Shown: positions 47,312-56,895, counted from the stretch's first letter. The stretch: 64,000 nucleotides of DNA from a virus (IMGVR_UViG_3300044991_002130:1-64000), one strand, 5' to 3'. The notes: generated from the letters alone by a model not told the origin. Made by a program: numbers and translations.

Positions 47312-47803
47312 TTATCTGTTTCCATTGGGAATGGGAGTTTGAGAAATCAAAGCGTGTACGAGTTGTCGTTCATATTGATACAAATCTTTGAGATTGCGCT
47401 GTAGAATATCATGAATTTTAAAGAATCCAACTGGTCCGAGGTATTTGAATTCACGATCATATCCATATGAAGTCCATAGATCGCCTCGCCAAAAGTCAGG
47501 ACCGCCGCAGTTGTCCCAATACCAACCAAAGTGAAGATACGGATGAGCGGCCTTGTCATCAGTAACAATTCCAGTTGGTTTGCGAAAGTTTAGCACATAA
47601 CCATCTTCTGCAACATTGCCCCACTCGGTAAAGGTCCAGCCATTCTTGTTCAAGAACGATGCAACTTTATCGTTGGCTTTTACTCTGGCGATGGCATCTT
47701 TTCTAGTCATGTCATATCCCAACATGCTGGTAAACCGAGTCACGTTGTTTGATTCTGCCCAAGTGGGCAATTTAAATGTTTTCATTGTTTTCATTGTTTT
47801 CAT
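47312..47803 (-). CDS. hypothetical protein
   Basis: 163-aa ORF; MKT tandem repeat at the start. Confidence 0.6.
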   Translation of the reverse strand: MKTMKTMKTFKLPTWAESNNVTRFTSMLGYDMTRKDAIARVKANDKVASFLNKNGWTFTEWGNVAEDGYVLNFRKPTGIVTDDKAAHPYLHFGWYWDNCGGPDFWRGDLWTSYGYDREFKYLGPVGFFKIHDILQRNLKDLYQYERQLVHALISQTPIPNGNR

Positions 47804-48078
47804 TGCAATCTTCCTCCACCAACCAACACATTACGAAGTGTGCTAGATTGTCCTTTGCGACTGGTCTTGGCTTTGAAGTCGGCAAATGTGTCTGGCAGCA
47901 TAACTTGCAAACTTCCAGCCGTCTTGTGTTCAAAGACCATAGCACCCATATATCTAGATTGAGATACGCCACGCTTTGCACAACTTAGGCAAACACGCAG
48001 GCCAAGTTCTGCACGCGCAGACTCAATAGCCTCGGAGCAACAAGAGCAAGGATTTTTATGTAGAGTAAAACCATTCAT
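47800..48078 (-). CDS. small DksA/TraR-like C4 Zn-finger protein
   Basis: CSCC.E.I...R..LG..VCLSCA. Confidence 0.55.
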   Translation of the reverse strand: MNGFTLHKNPCSCCSEAIESARAELGLRVCLSCAKRGVSQSRYMGAMVFEHKTAGSLQVMLPDTFADFKAKTSRKGQSSTLRNVLVGGGRLQ

Positions 48079-48212
48079 GCGATTAATGATGCAGTAAGTA
48101 TATAAAAAGTCAACCAGAATCTTAATTTTTTGAAAAAAGTTTTGAATAAAAAAGTTGACAATCGAAGAGTTTGTGATACTTATATTCGTAGTTCTTTGAC
48201 ACAACAATTTAA

Positions 48213-48389
48213 GCAGACGGCACTAGCCCCTGAAGGGCGAACAGGATTGAGATTAATGGCTGGATATGTCATATCACAGCACTTCCCCAAAACACTAAGT
48301 AGGTATCTACGCCATCGGCGTTTTTGATTACCGAAGTTACGGGATAGGATGTTTCCTCCGAAATGGAAACCATTCTTGTGCCGCCTGTC
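48213..48389 (+). ncRNA. unknown structured ncRNA upstream of tmRNA
   Basis: GCAGACGGCAC/GTGCCGCCTGT terminal stem, internal hairpins, upstream promoter and boxA-like site. Confidence 0.55.
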
Positions 48390-48397
48390 TTTTTCAT

Positions 48398-48789
48398 GGG
48401 CTCGTTTTTAGATTCTACTCTATAGAATGAGTACAAGCCGCAAGCACAGAGTCTAATGTCTCTGTATAATACCCGTTGGAAAACATAAATGCTAAGAGAA
48501 ATCTTGCAAAGAAGAGCTTCCTCACCGTTCGCAAGAACGCTGAAGTTGAGCTTCTAGCCGCAGCCTAATAAAATAGGCTGTCCGTTGTCCTTGTGACACA
48601 GATAACAAGTCAACAACGTTCATCATCTGGCCGTTTGTGTGAGATAGAAGATGGTAGCACAAATCAAATACTAAACTTCAACTTCAATATGGTGCTCTAC
48701 CAAATATTGATGTATTATAAGAGATAAGCTTGTATATGTTTGTAAGCTTTTTATATAGCACCCGGGTGCAACTCCCGGCGAGTCCACCA
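48398..48789 (+). ncRNA. ssrA: tmRNA; tag (A)AKRNLAKKSFLTVRKNAEVELLAAA
   Basis: GGGCTCG/CGAGTCC-A-CCA Ala-type acceptor, T arm, resume context ATAAAT-GCT, tag 48491-48568 ending in LAAA. Confidence 0.92.
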
Positions 48790-48870
48790 TTTTTTTATAT
48801 TGACAAAAATATTTTTTGTTCTATAGTTATGTCCACTTTGCAATAATCGCAAAGAAAAATATAATAAAAT

Positions 48871-49587
48871 ATGACAAAGAAAATCCTATTAATGATTACG
48901 GCATTAATCGCCGCTGTTACGCTGAGTGCAGCCCCAATCGGGTTGACTGCAAATGCAACATACTATACCAAGTATCTAGATAATGGCTTGGTTGCATTTG
49001 AAGATGTTGCCGTTGCCGGTGTTACGCTAGAAGCATACAATTTTGTTGCTGGCGTCAACACGTTCAACACCATCAAAGACACAACAACAGGTAAATACAC
49101 AGCAAGTGCTGGACTGTTCAAACGTGTTGACCTGTCGCTTGGATACAAGTTTACATCTCCATTGGCAAATTTGACTTTGGGCGGTACATATAAAACTTAT
49201 AGCAAGAGTGTATCAAATATTGCAAGTAACACTGAGCCATTTGCGCTATTGAATGGTTCTCTGTTCGGCACCCGTGCAACTTGGGATGCACGCTATCGCG
49301 CAGACCTAAAGAATCATACCAATAACACAGAAGCAAATCTACGTCTACCATTTGGTTTCCAACATGTAAAGCTTGTTCCAGCAATTGGATATGGCTTTAA
49401 TGATCTCGGTGCCGATACGATTGTAAAGTATAGATTTAGCAAGCAATATGCTGTTGTTGGCGCAGGTATTGGCTATTATGCAAAGAATGCCACACTGTCT
49501 GTTGACTTTACTCAACGCCGCGACGGTTTGTTAACCGCAGGAACAACTGTAAATAGTGTTTCGGGTGGGATTGCAGTAAAGTTCTAA
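48871..49587 (+). CDS. outer-membrane beta-barrel protein
   Basis: signal peptide, amphipathic strands, C-terminal Phe. Confidence 0.75.
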   Translation: MTKKILLMITALIAAVTLSAAPIGLTANATYYTKYLDNGLVAFEDVAVAGVTLEAYNFVAGVNTFNTIKDTTTGKYTASAGLFKRVDLSLGYKFTSPLANLTLGGTYKTYSKSVSNIASNTEPFALLNGSLFGTRATWDARYRADLKNHTNNTEANLRLPFGFQHVKLVPAIGYGFNDLGADTIVKYRFSKQYAVVGAGIGYYAKNATLSVDFTQRRDGLLTAGTTVNSVSGGIAVKF

Positions 49588-49606
49588 TACTCGATTAGTT
49601 CTATCA

Positions 49607-49637
49607 AAAAGGACACCGTAACTGGTGTCCTTTTTTT
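49607..49637 (+). terminator. intrinsic terminator
   Basis: AAAAGGACACC-gtaact-GGTGTCCTTTT plus T-run. Confidence 0.8.
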
Positions 49638-49681
49638 ATTGTACTGTTGACAAGCGCAGATAAAAGTGCATGATCTATTGC

Positions 49682-50623
49682 ATGATTCTACCATCTAACA
49701 TCACTCCGTCTCTTTGCTGCATTCACACAGGATTGCAGGAGCAAAGCGTCAAGTTCAATGTCATGACTTATGCTCAATATACTAAACTGGGCAAGGAAAC
49801 AGCAATGAAAATTCTCGCTGACCGTTCGCTGAACAATATCAAAACTATCCACGCCATCATCAAAGAATGCGCAAAAAATGGATGGAATTATCGCATCGGT
49901 AGTAATGTGTTCCCTCTGATGACACATCCCGATCTAAATTTCACCGTTGATGATTTTTACAATTTCTCAGATATTATGGCCGAGTTTAGCGCATGTGCCA
50001 ATACTATTAGACAAAACAAAGTACGTTGCAGCATGCATCCCGATCAGTTTGTTGTTCCGGCAAGTCCAAAAGACGGCGTTGCCGAAAACTCTATTCGCGA
50101 CCTTGAACAACATGCTATGATTATGGATTTGCTTCAACTGCCACAATCATACGAGGCACCAATCAATATTCACATGAACTGTTATAATGACGGCAAGTTT
50201 GGTGAAGTTGTTGATAGATTGGAAAAAGTTCTCAAACGCATGTCAAAATCCGTAACAAGTAGACTTGTCTTTGAGAACGAAGACAAACTAAAAAGTTGGA
50301 CCGTATACAACCTACATGAATATCTTTACAAACGCACTAGTATTCCGATTACATTCGATAATCTGCACCACAAATGCAATCCAGATGCCATGAGCGAACA
50401 GAAAGCATTTGAAATGGCAGTATCCACTTGGCCGAATGGTATTATTCCGTTGTTCCATTTCAGCGAATCTCTCGTCGGTAACAATCCTCGTGCTCATGCC
50501 GACTTTCCAACTTTCCTTCCTGAGATTTATGCTAATTACAAAAGTGATCTACACCTCGACTTCGAGTTCAAGCACAAAGAGCTTGCTATACACAAAGTAA
50601 AACAAGAAAAGGTAATTTTATAA
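49682..50623 (+). CDS. uvsE: UV damage endonuclease
   Basis: YRIGS..FP, SMHPDQF, INIH, FENED, FDNLHH, HFSES, RAHAD, EFKHKE. Confidence 0.92.
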   Translation: MILPSNITPSLCCIHTGLQEQSVKFNVMTYAQYTKLGKETAMKILADRSLNNIKTIHAIIKECAKNGWNYRIGSNVFPLMTHPDLNFTVDDFYNFSDIMAEFSACANTIRQNKVRCSMHPDQFVVPASPKDGVAENSIRDLEQHAMIMDLLQLPQSYEAPINIHMNCYNDGKFGEVVDRLEKVLKRMSKSVTSRLVFENEDKLKSWTVYNLHEYLYKRTSIPITFDNLHHKCNPDAMSEQKAFEMAVSTWPNGIIPLFHFSESLVGNNPRAHADFPTFLPEIYANYKSDLHLDFEFKHKELAIHKVKQEKVIL

Positions 50624-50629
50624 TCGATC

Positions 50630-50836
50630 ATGAAAAATAAACCATTGTCAAAAAAACAACGCAAAGATTTGATTTCTGCTTGGGCAGGAATGAATTGTTT
50701 ATGTGCATACCTAAAAGATTACAAGACGAAGCCGGAAAATTTTGGTGACAAGTTTGACCCTCACGCTTATGCCAGAGACATATATAAACTACTTGATTCG
50801 GTAATAAACAATGTTGATGATTCGGATTTATATTGA
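50630..50836 (+). CDS. hypothetical protein
   Basis: 68-aa ORF in operon. Confidence 0.55.
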   Translation: MKNKPLSKKQRKDLISAWAGMNCLCAYLKDYKTKPENFGDKFDPHAYARDIYKLLDSVINNVDDSDLY

Positions 50837-50869
50837 CCTTTTATAAAAAGTTGTCATAGTATATTCATT

Positions 50870-51985
50870 ATGAAAATTGATCTACAGTCTATTGATCCTG
50901 AGTCATTCATGGTTCATCAACATTTTATTGGAGAACATGAATGCTATTTGGTCCAGCCAGTTCATATTGGTACTTCTTGGAACAAGGACAACCTCATTTA
51001 TCGTTCGTCTCTTTGGGACAAAGAAGGCAATCCTGTTTCGCTTTCGTTCAAAAAGTTCTTCAATTACGACGAAAAGCCTGATATTTTTCCTGCTCCTTCT
51101 AATCTAACTGATGCGAAGTTGATGGAAAAGTTGGACGGCTCCACTTTGATTTTTTCTCGCTACAAGGGCCAGACTGTTATTCGCACACGCGGAACTGTTG
51201 ATGCTCGCAAGCAAGCAAATGGACATGAGATTGACTATTTGTGCAAAAAGTACAAGAAGTTCATTGCATATCTTGAAATGCTAGAAACTAGCAATGAGTC
51301 TTTTGTACTGGAATGGTTGAGTCCAACCAATCGCATTGTATTGAACTATGGCGACGAACCTGACATGGTTTTGACTGCTGTAATCAATCACAATGATTAT
51401 TCCTTGATGTGCCAATCTCAATTGGACTATTTTGCATCTGATATTAAGCTGCGTCGTCCCCGCACATTCTCTTACAACTCTGTTGAAGAAATGAAGTCGG
51501 CGGTTGAAGTATTGCGTGATCAAGAAGGTTTGTGTGTATATTATGGTAACGAACAACAAATTCGTAAAGTAAAAGCCGCACAATATCTTTTTTTACATCG
51601 TGCAAAGTCCGAAATTTCTAGTATAGAAAAAGTCATTGATGTGTATATTGATTGGTTTATGGATCGGTACAATCTTTCTCACGAACCAACTGGTTATGTA
51701 GAATTCTTTGAGTATCTTACTGAAAAGTTTGATTTTGAAATTGCTACAATGGCAACTGGACATGCTTCGCGTATCTGTGATGCTATGAAAGAAGTATCAA
51801 AGATCATGAATGCATTGTTTGAGTTTGCATCTGCTCGTATGTATATTGCTCGTAATATTGCTGCCAAAGAAATCTTACAAGCATATGGCAGCACAGGCAG
51901 AAGCGCAATTATATTCAAGATGTTGGACCGCAAGACCATTGGAGCAGATGATTATAAAAAGTTGTTATACCAAGTATTAAAATGA
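50870..51985 (+). CDS. RNA ligase, T4 Rnl1-like
   Basis: FKKFFN, EKLDGS, E..SPTNRIV, EG.C, KVK...Y...H. Confidence 0.88.
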   Translation: MKIDLQSIDPESFMVHQHFIGEHECYLVQPVHIGTSWNKDNLIYRSSLWDKEGNPVSLSFKKFFNYDEKPDIFPAPSNLTDAKLMEKLDGSTLIFSRYKGQTVIRTRGTVDARKQANGHEIDYLCKKYKKFIAYLEMLETSNESFVLEWLSPTNRIVLNYGDEPDMVLTAVINHNDYSLMCQSQLDYFASDIKLRRPRTFSYNSVEEMKSAVEVLRDQEGLCVYYGNEQQIRKVKAAQYLFLHRAKSEISSIEKVIDVYIDWFMDRYNLSHEPTGYVEFFEYLTEKFDFEIATMATGHASRICDAMKEVSKIMNALFEFASARMYIARNIAAKEILQAYGSTGRSAIIFKMLDRKTIGADDYKKLLYQVLK

Positions 51986-52242
51986 TCACTCCATCACAAG
52001 GTGCCGAACGCACACAACTAGTCAAGTGGGCAACTCCGCGCTTGCTCCGTTACTTTAAGTCACGGCGCAAGAGCATGATCATTTACCACAATGCGATTTG
52101 TGGTTGGGATGCTGGCAACGTAAAGATGGAAGATATGGCCACGAAACAAGAGATGCAGACTTGGGCTGCAATGCAAGCCGAACTTGATTTCATTCAGAAC
52201 ATTCTTTATACTCGCGCACACGTTCAAAAACATAGGGCTTGA
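51982..52242 (+). CDS. hypothetical protein
   Basis: coupled 86-aa ORF. Confidence 0.55.
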   Translation: MITPSQGAERTQLVKWATPRLLRYFKSRRKSMIIYHNAICGWDAGNVKMEDMATKQEMQTWAAMQAELDFIQNILYTRAHVQKHRA

Positions 52243-52273
52243 CTTTACATAGTTCAAGCCCTATTCTATTTTT

Positions 52274-52558
52274 ATGAATCCAAATAAACAAAGAATTGCT
52301 ATTGCGGAAGCGTGTAGATGGACTAGACAATCAGACGATAGCATGTGGTTTGACGACCCAACGAACTCTTTTCAAGTGCATGAACAGGATATTCCAGATT
52401 ATCTCAATGATTTGAACGCTATGCATGAGGCGGAGAAGGTGCTATACAAGGGCATCATTAACCAAGAGTATTGGCAAAAGGGATATGGTAGATTTACCAC
52501 AACCCTCGCTGAAATATGCGTTACTCCTTATAGCGCGACAGCAGCCCAACGAGCCTAG
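52274..52558 (+). CDS. hypothetical phage protein; reading frame continues past TAG to 52597
   Basis: QRIAIAEAC.W, PDYLNDLNAMHEAEK, ATAAQRA*AFLRTIGKW. Confidence 0.65.
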   Translation: MNPNKQRIAIAEACRWTRQSDDSMWFDDPTNSFQVHEQDIPDYLNDLNAMHEAEKVLYKGIINQEYWQKGYGRFTTTLAEICVTPYSATAAQRA

Positions 52559-52593
52559 GCTTTTTTACGAACAATCGGAAAATGGGAAAAACT

Positions 52594-52980
52594 ATGAAAA
52601 CTTGGAAAAATAAAATTAACGACCCATTTCATGGAATATGCACGGTTAAAGAATGCACGACCAAGATTGCACCAATCAGTCATGGATTTGTAAATCTATA
52701 CAAAGGAAATAAATGGATTGACTTTTGCGGAGTCAACTATGCTAAAAAACATATTATTAAACATAAAATGAAACCTAAGCAACGCCAAAAAGACGGTAGA
52801 AAATATATGCTTGTTGGTCGTGTTGGTATATTTGGACCAGAACTATTATGGGGCGACACTATTAACGATTTTCGTGCGTGCGATTTAAGCGATGTCAGCG
52901 ATGGAAATGCATTGCTATTGGCATCTAAAGATGGTAACGTCGTTAGAATTAAATGCAATGGAGCAAAATGGTACGCATAA
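52594..52980 (+). CDS. hypothetical protein
   Basis: ORF in a dense early-gene run. Confidence 0.5.
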   Translation: MKTWKNKINDPFHGICTVKECTTKIAPISHGFVNLYKGNKWIDFCGVNYAKKHIIKHKMKPKQRQKDGRKYMLVGRVGIFGPELLWGDTINDFRACDLSDVSDGNALLLASKDGNVVRIKCNGAKWYA

Positions 52981-52981
52981 T

Positions 52982-53215
52982 ATGAAAATTATAAACAGCA
53001 AAGAAGAATTTAATAAGTTTTACTATTATAGTAAATCCGGTTATAAACCAAAGAAATATCCGACTGAATATCCATGCGTTTGTAAAATTGAAACCGGCGG
53101 CGGTGGATTGGCAGGGGAATATGAAGCACACTATGCTGTTTATTTTCCAAAAACAGAATCGGTAACGGACGCATTTATATCTGGATTAAATACAGAATGG
53201 GAATATATTTGCTGA
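52982..53215 (+). CDS. hypothetical protein
   Basis: 77-aa ORF. Confidence 0.55.
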   Translation: MKIINSKEEFNKFYYYSKSGYKPKKYPTEYPCVCKIETGGGGLAGEYEAHYAVYFPKTESVTDAFISGLNTEWEYIC

Positions 53216-53227
53216 TATTTATACTAT

Positions 53228-53419
53228 ATGACAAAAACACAAAACTACGTTGAAAAAGCAGCAAAGCGATTGGTTATTGGTGACAAAGTGCTTAGTTCAT
53301 CAGGTAAAACACTAACAGTGTCACTTATCGTGAATAAAGGAAACAAAACCATCGTCTTGTTCGACGGCGATATGGAGGTCGATGTTGATCCATACCTTCA
53401 AGTCAAAGTTCTTACATAA
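53228..53419 (+). CDS. hypothetical protein
   Basis: 63-aa ORF. Confidence 0.55.
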   Translation: MTKTQNYVEKAAKRLVIGDKVLSSSGKTLTVSLIVNKGNKTIVLFDGDMEVDVDPYLQVKVLT

Positions 53420-53490
53420 AGTGTAAGAAAAGTCTTGACTTTTTATAAAAAGCACACCATAGTTATAGGTGTATAAAGGATGTTATAAAA

Positions 53491-54153
53491 ATGAATGTTA
53501 TCAATCAACCAGTATTATCTCTAAATGCAAATTGGATGGCTCTTGGAACCAAGACTGTCAAAGATGCTCTAATCTCTATGCTTGGCGGAGACAGCGGCAA
53601 TAATCCGCCAGCCGTTGCCATCGACATGGACTTTGCCGTTGGTGCCGATGGCAATGTTGATTGGGACAATCCAACAAGCACAATTCCGGTTGGTTGGGAT
53701 GTGTGGAAAACATTGCCTGTGCGTGATTATGATCTGGCAATTCACACTGCCAATATGGTCATTCGTGCTCCACGGGTCATTATTCAGCCCAACTATGGCA
53801 AAATGCCTATGGTTGAGCCTCGTCCTACAAAAGAAGCCATTCGCAAGCGTGATGGTGGCATAGACCAATACACAGGAAAAGTTCTGTCTTGGAAAGATGG
53901 CAACATTGACCATGTTATTCCACGTGCTCAAGGTGGCAAAAACACGTTTGAAAACATGGTGTGGTGTCATAAAGATATCAACAGTAAAAAGGCTGATAAA
54001 ACACCCGAGCAGGCTGGTCTAAAGCTTATTCGCAAGCCATATGCACCAAAGTCAATTCCTGTCAGCGCAACAATAAATATTGCACATCATCCAAGTTGGG
54101 TTTATTTCATGGACAATGTAACAGAGGTTCGAGAGCCGAAGTTAAGCATTTAA
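53491..54153 (+). CDS. HNH endonuclease (McrA-like, HNH_5)
   Basis: VLSLNA, RDGG..QY.G, DHVIPR..GG..FEN.V....N..K..KTP. Confidence 0.9.
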   Translation: MNVINQPVLSLNANWMALGTKTVKDALISMLGGDSGNNPPAVAIDMDFAVGADGNVDWDNPTSTIPVGWDVWKTLPVRDYDLAIHTANMVIRAPRVIIQPNYGKMPMVEPRPTKEAIRKRDGGIDQYTGKVLSWKDGNIDHVIPRAQGGKNTFENMVWCHKDINSKKADKTPEQAGLKLIRKPYAPKSIPVSATINIAHHPSWVYFMDNVTEVREPKLSI

Positions 54154-54211
54154 GTAGAATAACATTGACAACCACGAAGTGTCGCAATATGATTGCGACA
54201 CTTCTTATTAT

Positions 54212-54658
54212 ATGAATAGCAATATAAAATACTACATATCTGGCGCGTTGCTGGGATTTACAATCTTTGCGGCAATACAACTGCCAAGCGTCTGGTTAGC
54301 TGATATAATCCTACTCGATATTTTGGCAGCACTTTTTTATCTATATTTACAACTAAAACGGAGAATATCCGAAGAGTTTGAGAAATATAACATCAAGTTT
54401 GTAGAGTCGGGAAATGCAATCACAGACACGTTGAAGGTTGCGTTCGACAATATAAAAAAAACAAGTACTGAACAACAAAAATTAAATGCAAAACTTAGGG
54501 AATATAATTCAAAATTACATCGGGTCGAGCAACACCAGCATAGACTGGCTAGTATCGGAATCAAAAAAGGAATTGACGCCCGAGATAAATTGTCTGAAGA
54601 GACGAGAACTTCTCGCCCGGACGAAGTTCAATCACAGAGACGTGGTCGAACTGAGTGA
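54212..54658 (+). CDS. membrane-anchored coiled-coil protein
   Basis: two N-terminal hydrophobic helices then a coiled coil. Confidence 0.6.
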   Translation: MNSNIKYYISGALLGFTIFAAIQLPSVWLADIILLDILAALFYLYLQLKRRISEEFEKYNIKFVESGNAITDTLKVAFDNIKKTSTEQQKLNAKLREYNSKLHRVEQHQHRLASIGIKKGIDARDKLSEETRTSRPDEVQSQRRGRTE

Positions 54659-54723
54659 CCAATTAAAATCTCTTACAAAGCTTTGTAAAAAACTAAACAT
54701 AAACATTGATAATTTATACGTAA

Positions 54724-54939
54724 ATGAAAACAAACTCGGATAGTCCAACAATGGTAGAATTTGGAAAGCTTGATGCCGGAAATAAATTCTTTTTGTCCAA
54801 CCCAATTGGACTCGAAGACCGTGCATCTTATATAAAAATGACAAGTCAAAAAGACAAGGATGGTAGGTGGTCAAACGCCAAGAACCCATTTGGTATAGTA
54901 ATATTCGTGCAATATGACAAACGCGTGTGGGTAAAATGA
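54724..54939 (+). CDS. hypothetical protein
   Basis: 71-aa ORF. Confidence 0.55.
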   Translation: MKTNSDSPTMVEFGKLDAGNKFFLSNPIGLEDRASYIKMTSQKDKDGRWSNAKNPFGIVIFVQYDKRVWVK

Positions 54940-55346
54940 AAATTGTAATAAGCAAATGTTATGGTGGATTTAGTCTTTCACCCAAAGCAGTCAAATGGCT
55001 CGCAGACAAACGTGGACAACAGTGCCACTTTTTTCAGTCCAAGTATGTCGATGGAAAGCATGCGTATGTTCCATTTGATGGCGAATTCCCAGAGGGTTTG
55101 TTCTGGGTTGCTTTTAGTACAGACAATCCAACAAATGAAAATTATAGCAAATATCGTTTGGACAATCACCCACGTGACCGAGCCGACCCATTACTTGTCC
55201 AAGTTGTTGAAGAGTTGGGCGAAGAAGCAAATGGTTCTGCCGCAGAACTAAAGGTTGTTGACATACCAGATGGTATTGAATATACAATTGAAGAATATGA
55301 TGGCATGGAAACTATCCACGAAGCCCATCGCGTGTGGGGAGATTGA
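54936..55346 (+). CDS. conserved phage hypothetical protein
   Basis: KIVI..CYGGF.LS, R.DP.LV.VVEELG..ANG, I.EYDG.E. Confidence 0.75.
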   Translation: MKIVISKCYGGFSLSPKAVKWLADKRGQQCHFFQSKYVDGKHAYVPFDGEFPEGLFWVAFSTDNPTNENYSKYRLDNHPRDRADPLLVQVVEELGEEANGSAAELKVVDIPDGIEYTIEEYDGMETIHEAHRVWGD

Positions 55347-56157
55347 TCGGTTCAGATTTGGGAATTTTGTGATTGTGCCTGTATTTTGTATGGCAAGAAG
55401 ACCCGCAAAACAAAAACTTCCCGCCTTTATTCCAAGACTTCAATACAGTTTTTTCTTTCCCACAACAAATACATTTATAAGTTAGATACGCTGTTTCTTT
55501 TTTGTATTGATTGAAACATTGTCGGTCACAAAAATGATCTTCATTTGGTCCTTTATACCTATTCTTTTCTATATTTTTTGTTTTTCCACACATTTTACAC
55601 TGAATATCTATTCTTGCGTTTTTTTGTTTTAGTTTTATTCCACATGGTTTGGAACAGCATTTTTGAGTTTTTACTTTATTATGAGATGATGGAATAGTAA
55701 ATGTTTTCCCGCATATTACACAATCAGATGTATAGTATTCTGTTGTTGATTCAACCGATTTTCTATAACAAGAAAAACTACAAAACTTTGTTTTTTCTTT
55801 ATTATGTCTGCTTTCTGTAACGTTGAATAGTTTTCCACAATAATCACAAGTTGAATGAACCCGCTTGAATAGTTTTTTGCGAAGCCATCCATAAAGTTTG
55901 TTATTCCTTTTTTGACCCCCATTCGCCGTACACATCATATTGGCAGCAAACAAGATATTGCGATTGTCTGGATATATTTTTACCAAAAGTTGATGGCATA
56001 CATAATGTTCTTCGGGTGTGAGTGATACTATGTTTTCACCTTCATCATTTCCTCCCAAACATTTCGGTATTATATGATGCTGTTCATACAAATCTTCGTT
56101 TGGACTTCTCGACTTTGCTCTTTCAACTATTCGGTGATATATTTCGGGGTAGTTCAT
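55312..56157 (-). CDS. HNH homing endonuclease with tandem Zn-finger repeats
   Basis: EQHHIIPKCLGG...N...LT.EEH..CH; four CxxC..(F/C)C...C repeats. Confidence 0.88.
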   Translation of the reverse strand: MNYPEIYHRIVERAKSRSPNEDLYEQHHIIPKCLGGNDEGENIVSLTPEEHYVCHQLLVKIYPDNRNILFAANMMCTANGGQKRNNKLYGWLRKKLFKRVHSTCDYCGKLFNVTESRHNKEKTKFCSFSCYRKSVESTTEYYTSDCVICGKTFTIPSSHNKVKTQKCCSKPCGIKLKQKNARIDIQCKMCGKTKNIEKNRYKGPNEDHFCDRQCFNQYKKETAYLTYKCICCGKEKTVLKSWNKGGKFLFCGSSCHTKYRHNHKIPKSEPINLPTRDGLRG

Positions 56158-56399
56158 TTTTTGTTTTTTAGTTCATAGTATTTTTGTAACTTTTTCTTTT
56201 TTATCTCTTCCTTGTGGAGTTGATAATATTTGTTGGCGCGAACACGACTTTCTTCAAGAACTTGTTCGTAGGTTTTGTTATGTGATTTTCTTCCCATGTG
56301 AATAAATATAAAATAAAAAAAGAAAAACGCAGGAAAATGCTATTTATAACAAACATCTTGTTGACATATATCCGCACTATTGTATAGTTGGTAAATAAT

Positions 56400-56864
56400 A
56401 TGGCAAAAATAAAAAATGAAGTTGACAAAAAACCAAAGACTAAAAGTTTATTTGATCACCTCAATGAAATCCGTGTGGGAAAAAATCCTAAATACTTTGA
56501 AACTCTGTCTGAAACGGATAAAAAGACTTGGAGTAATTATATGGTATGCAGATTTTTAAGCATGCAACCATTGCTGGTAGAAACGATAAATGATATGCAA
56601 TCATACCAAGATAAGTTAGAGCCTAAAGATTTCTATCGACTGTGTTCGGAGACAGTGCCGCGAGGCCGGGGATATTATCCATATATAAAAAACACAGCGG
56701 AAAAATATAATAAATCTTTGCTGTCATTGCTTTGTATACATTTTAAAGAATGTGAGAGAAATGTGTTGCAGTATATTGGACTCCTGACCCAAGAGGATTT
56801 GCGGGCGATAGTAAAATTGTACGGATATTCAGACAAACAAGCAGATGAGTTAATTATAACTTGA
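56400..56864 (+). CDS. clamp loader small subunit (gp62-like)
   Basis: LFDHLN.I...K, YMV.RFLS pattern. Confidence 0.65.
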   Translation: MAKIKNEVDKKPKTKSLFDHLNEIRVGKNPKYFETLSETDKKTWSNYMVCRFLSMQPLLVETINDMQSYQDKLEPKDFYRLCSETVPRGRGYYPYIKNTAEKYNKSLLSLLCIHFKECERNVLQYIGLLTQEDLRAIVKLYGYSDKQADELIIT

Positions 56865-56895
56865 CGTTATTCGTGTGCTCTGTACCATTTGATAT

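Noticed and set aside
47776-47805. 9-bp tandem repeat (also 12-bp repeats at ~57533-57562 and 1-22)
   Set aside because: Two to three copies of low-complexity sequence (MKT and EDSD coding repeats); no sign of a functional array
48236-48250. Isolated 9-12-nt rRNA-like words (GCGAACAGGATT here; also GTACCGTGA ~37033, TGGGGATGAC ~39887, CAGTAAACGGC ~32041)
   Set aside because: Too short and without matching structural context; expected by chance
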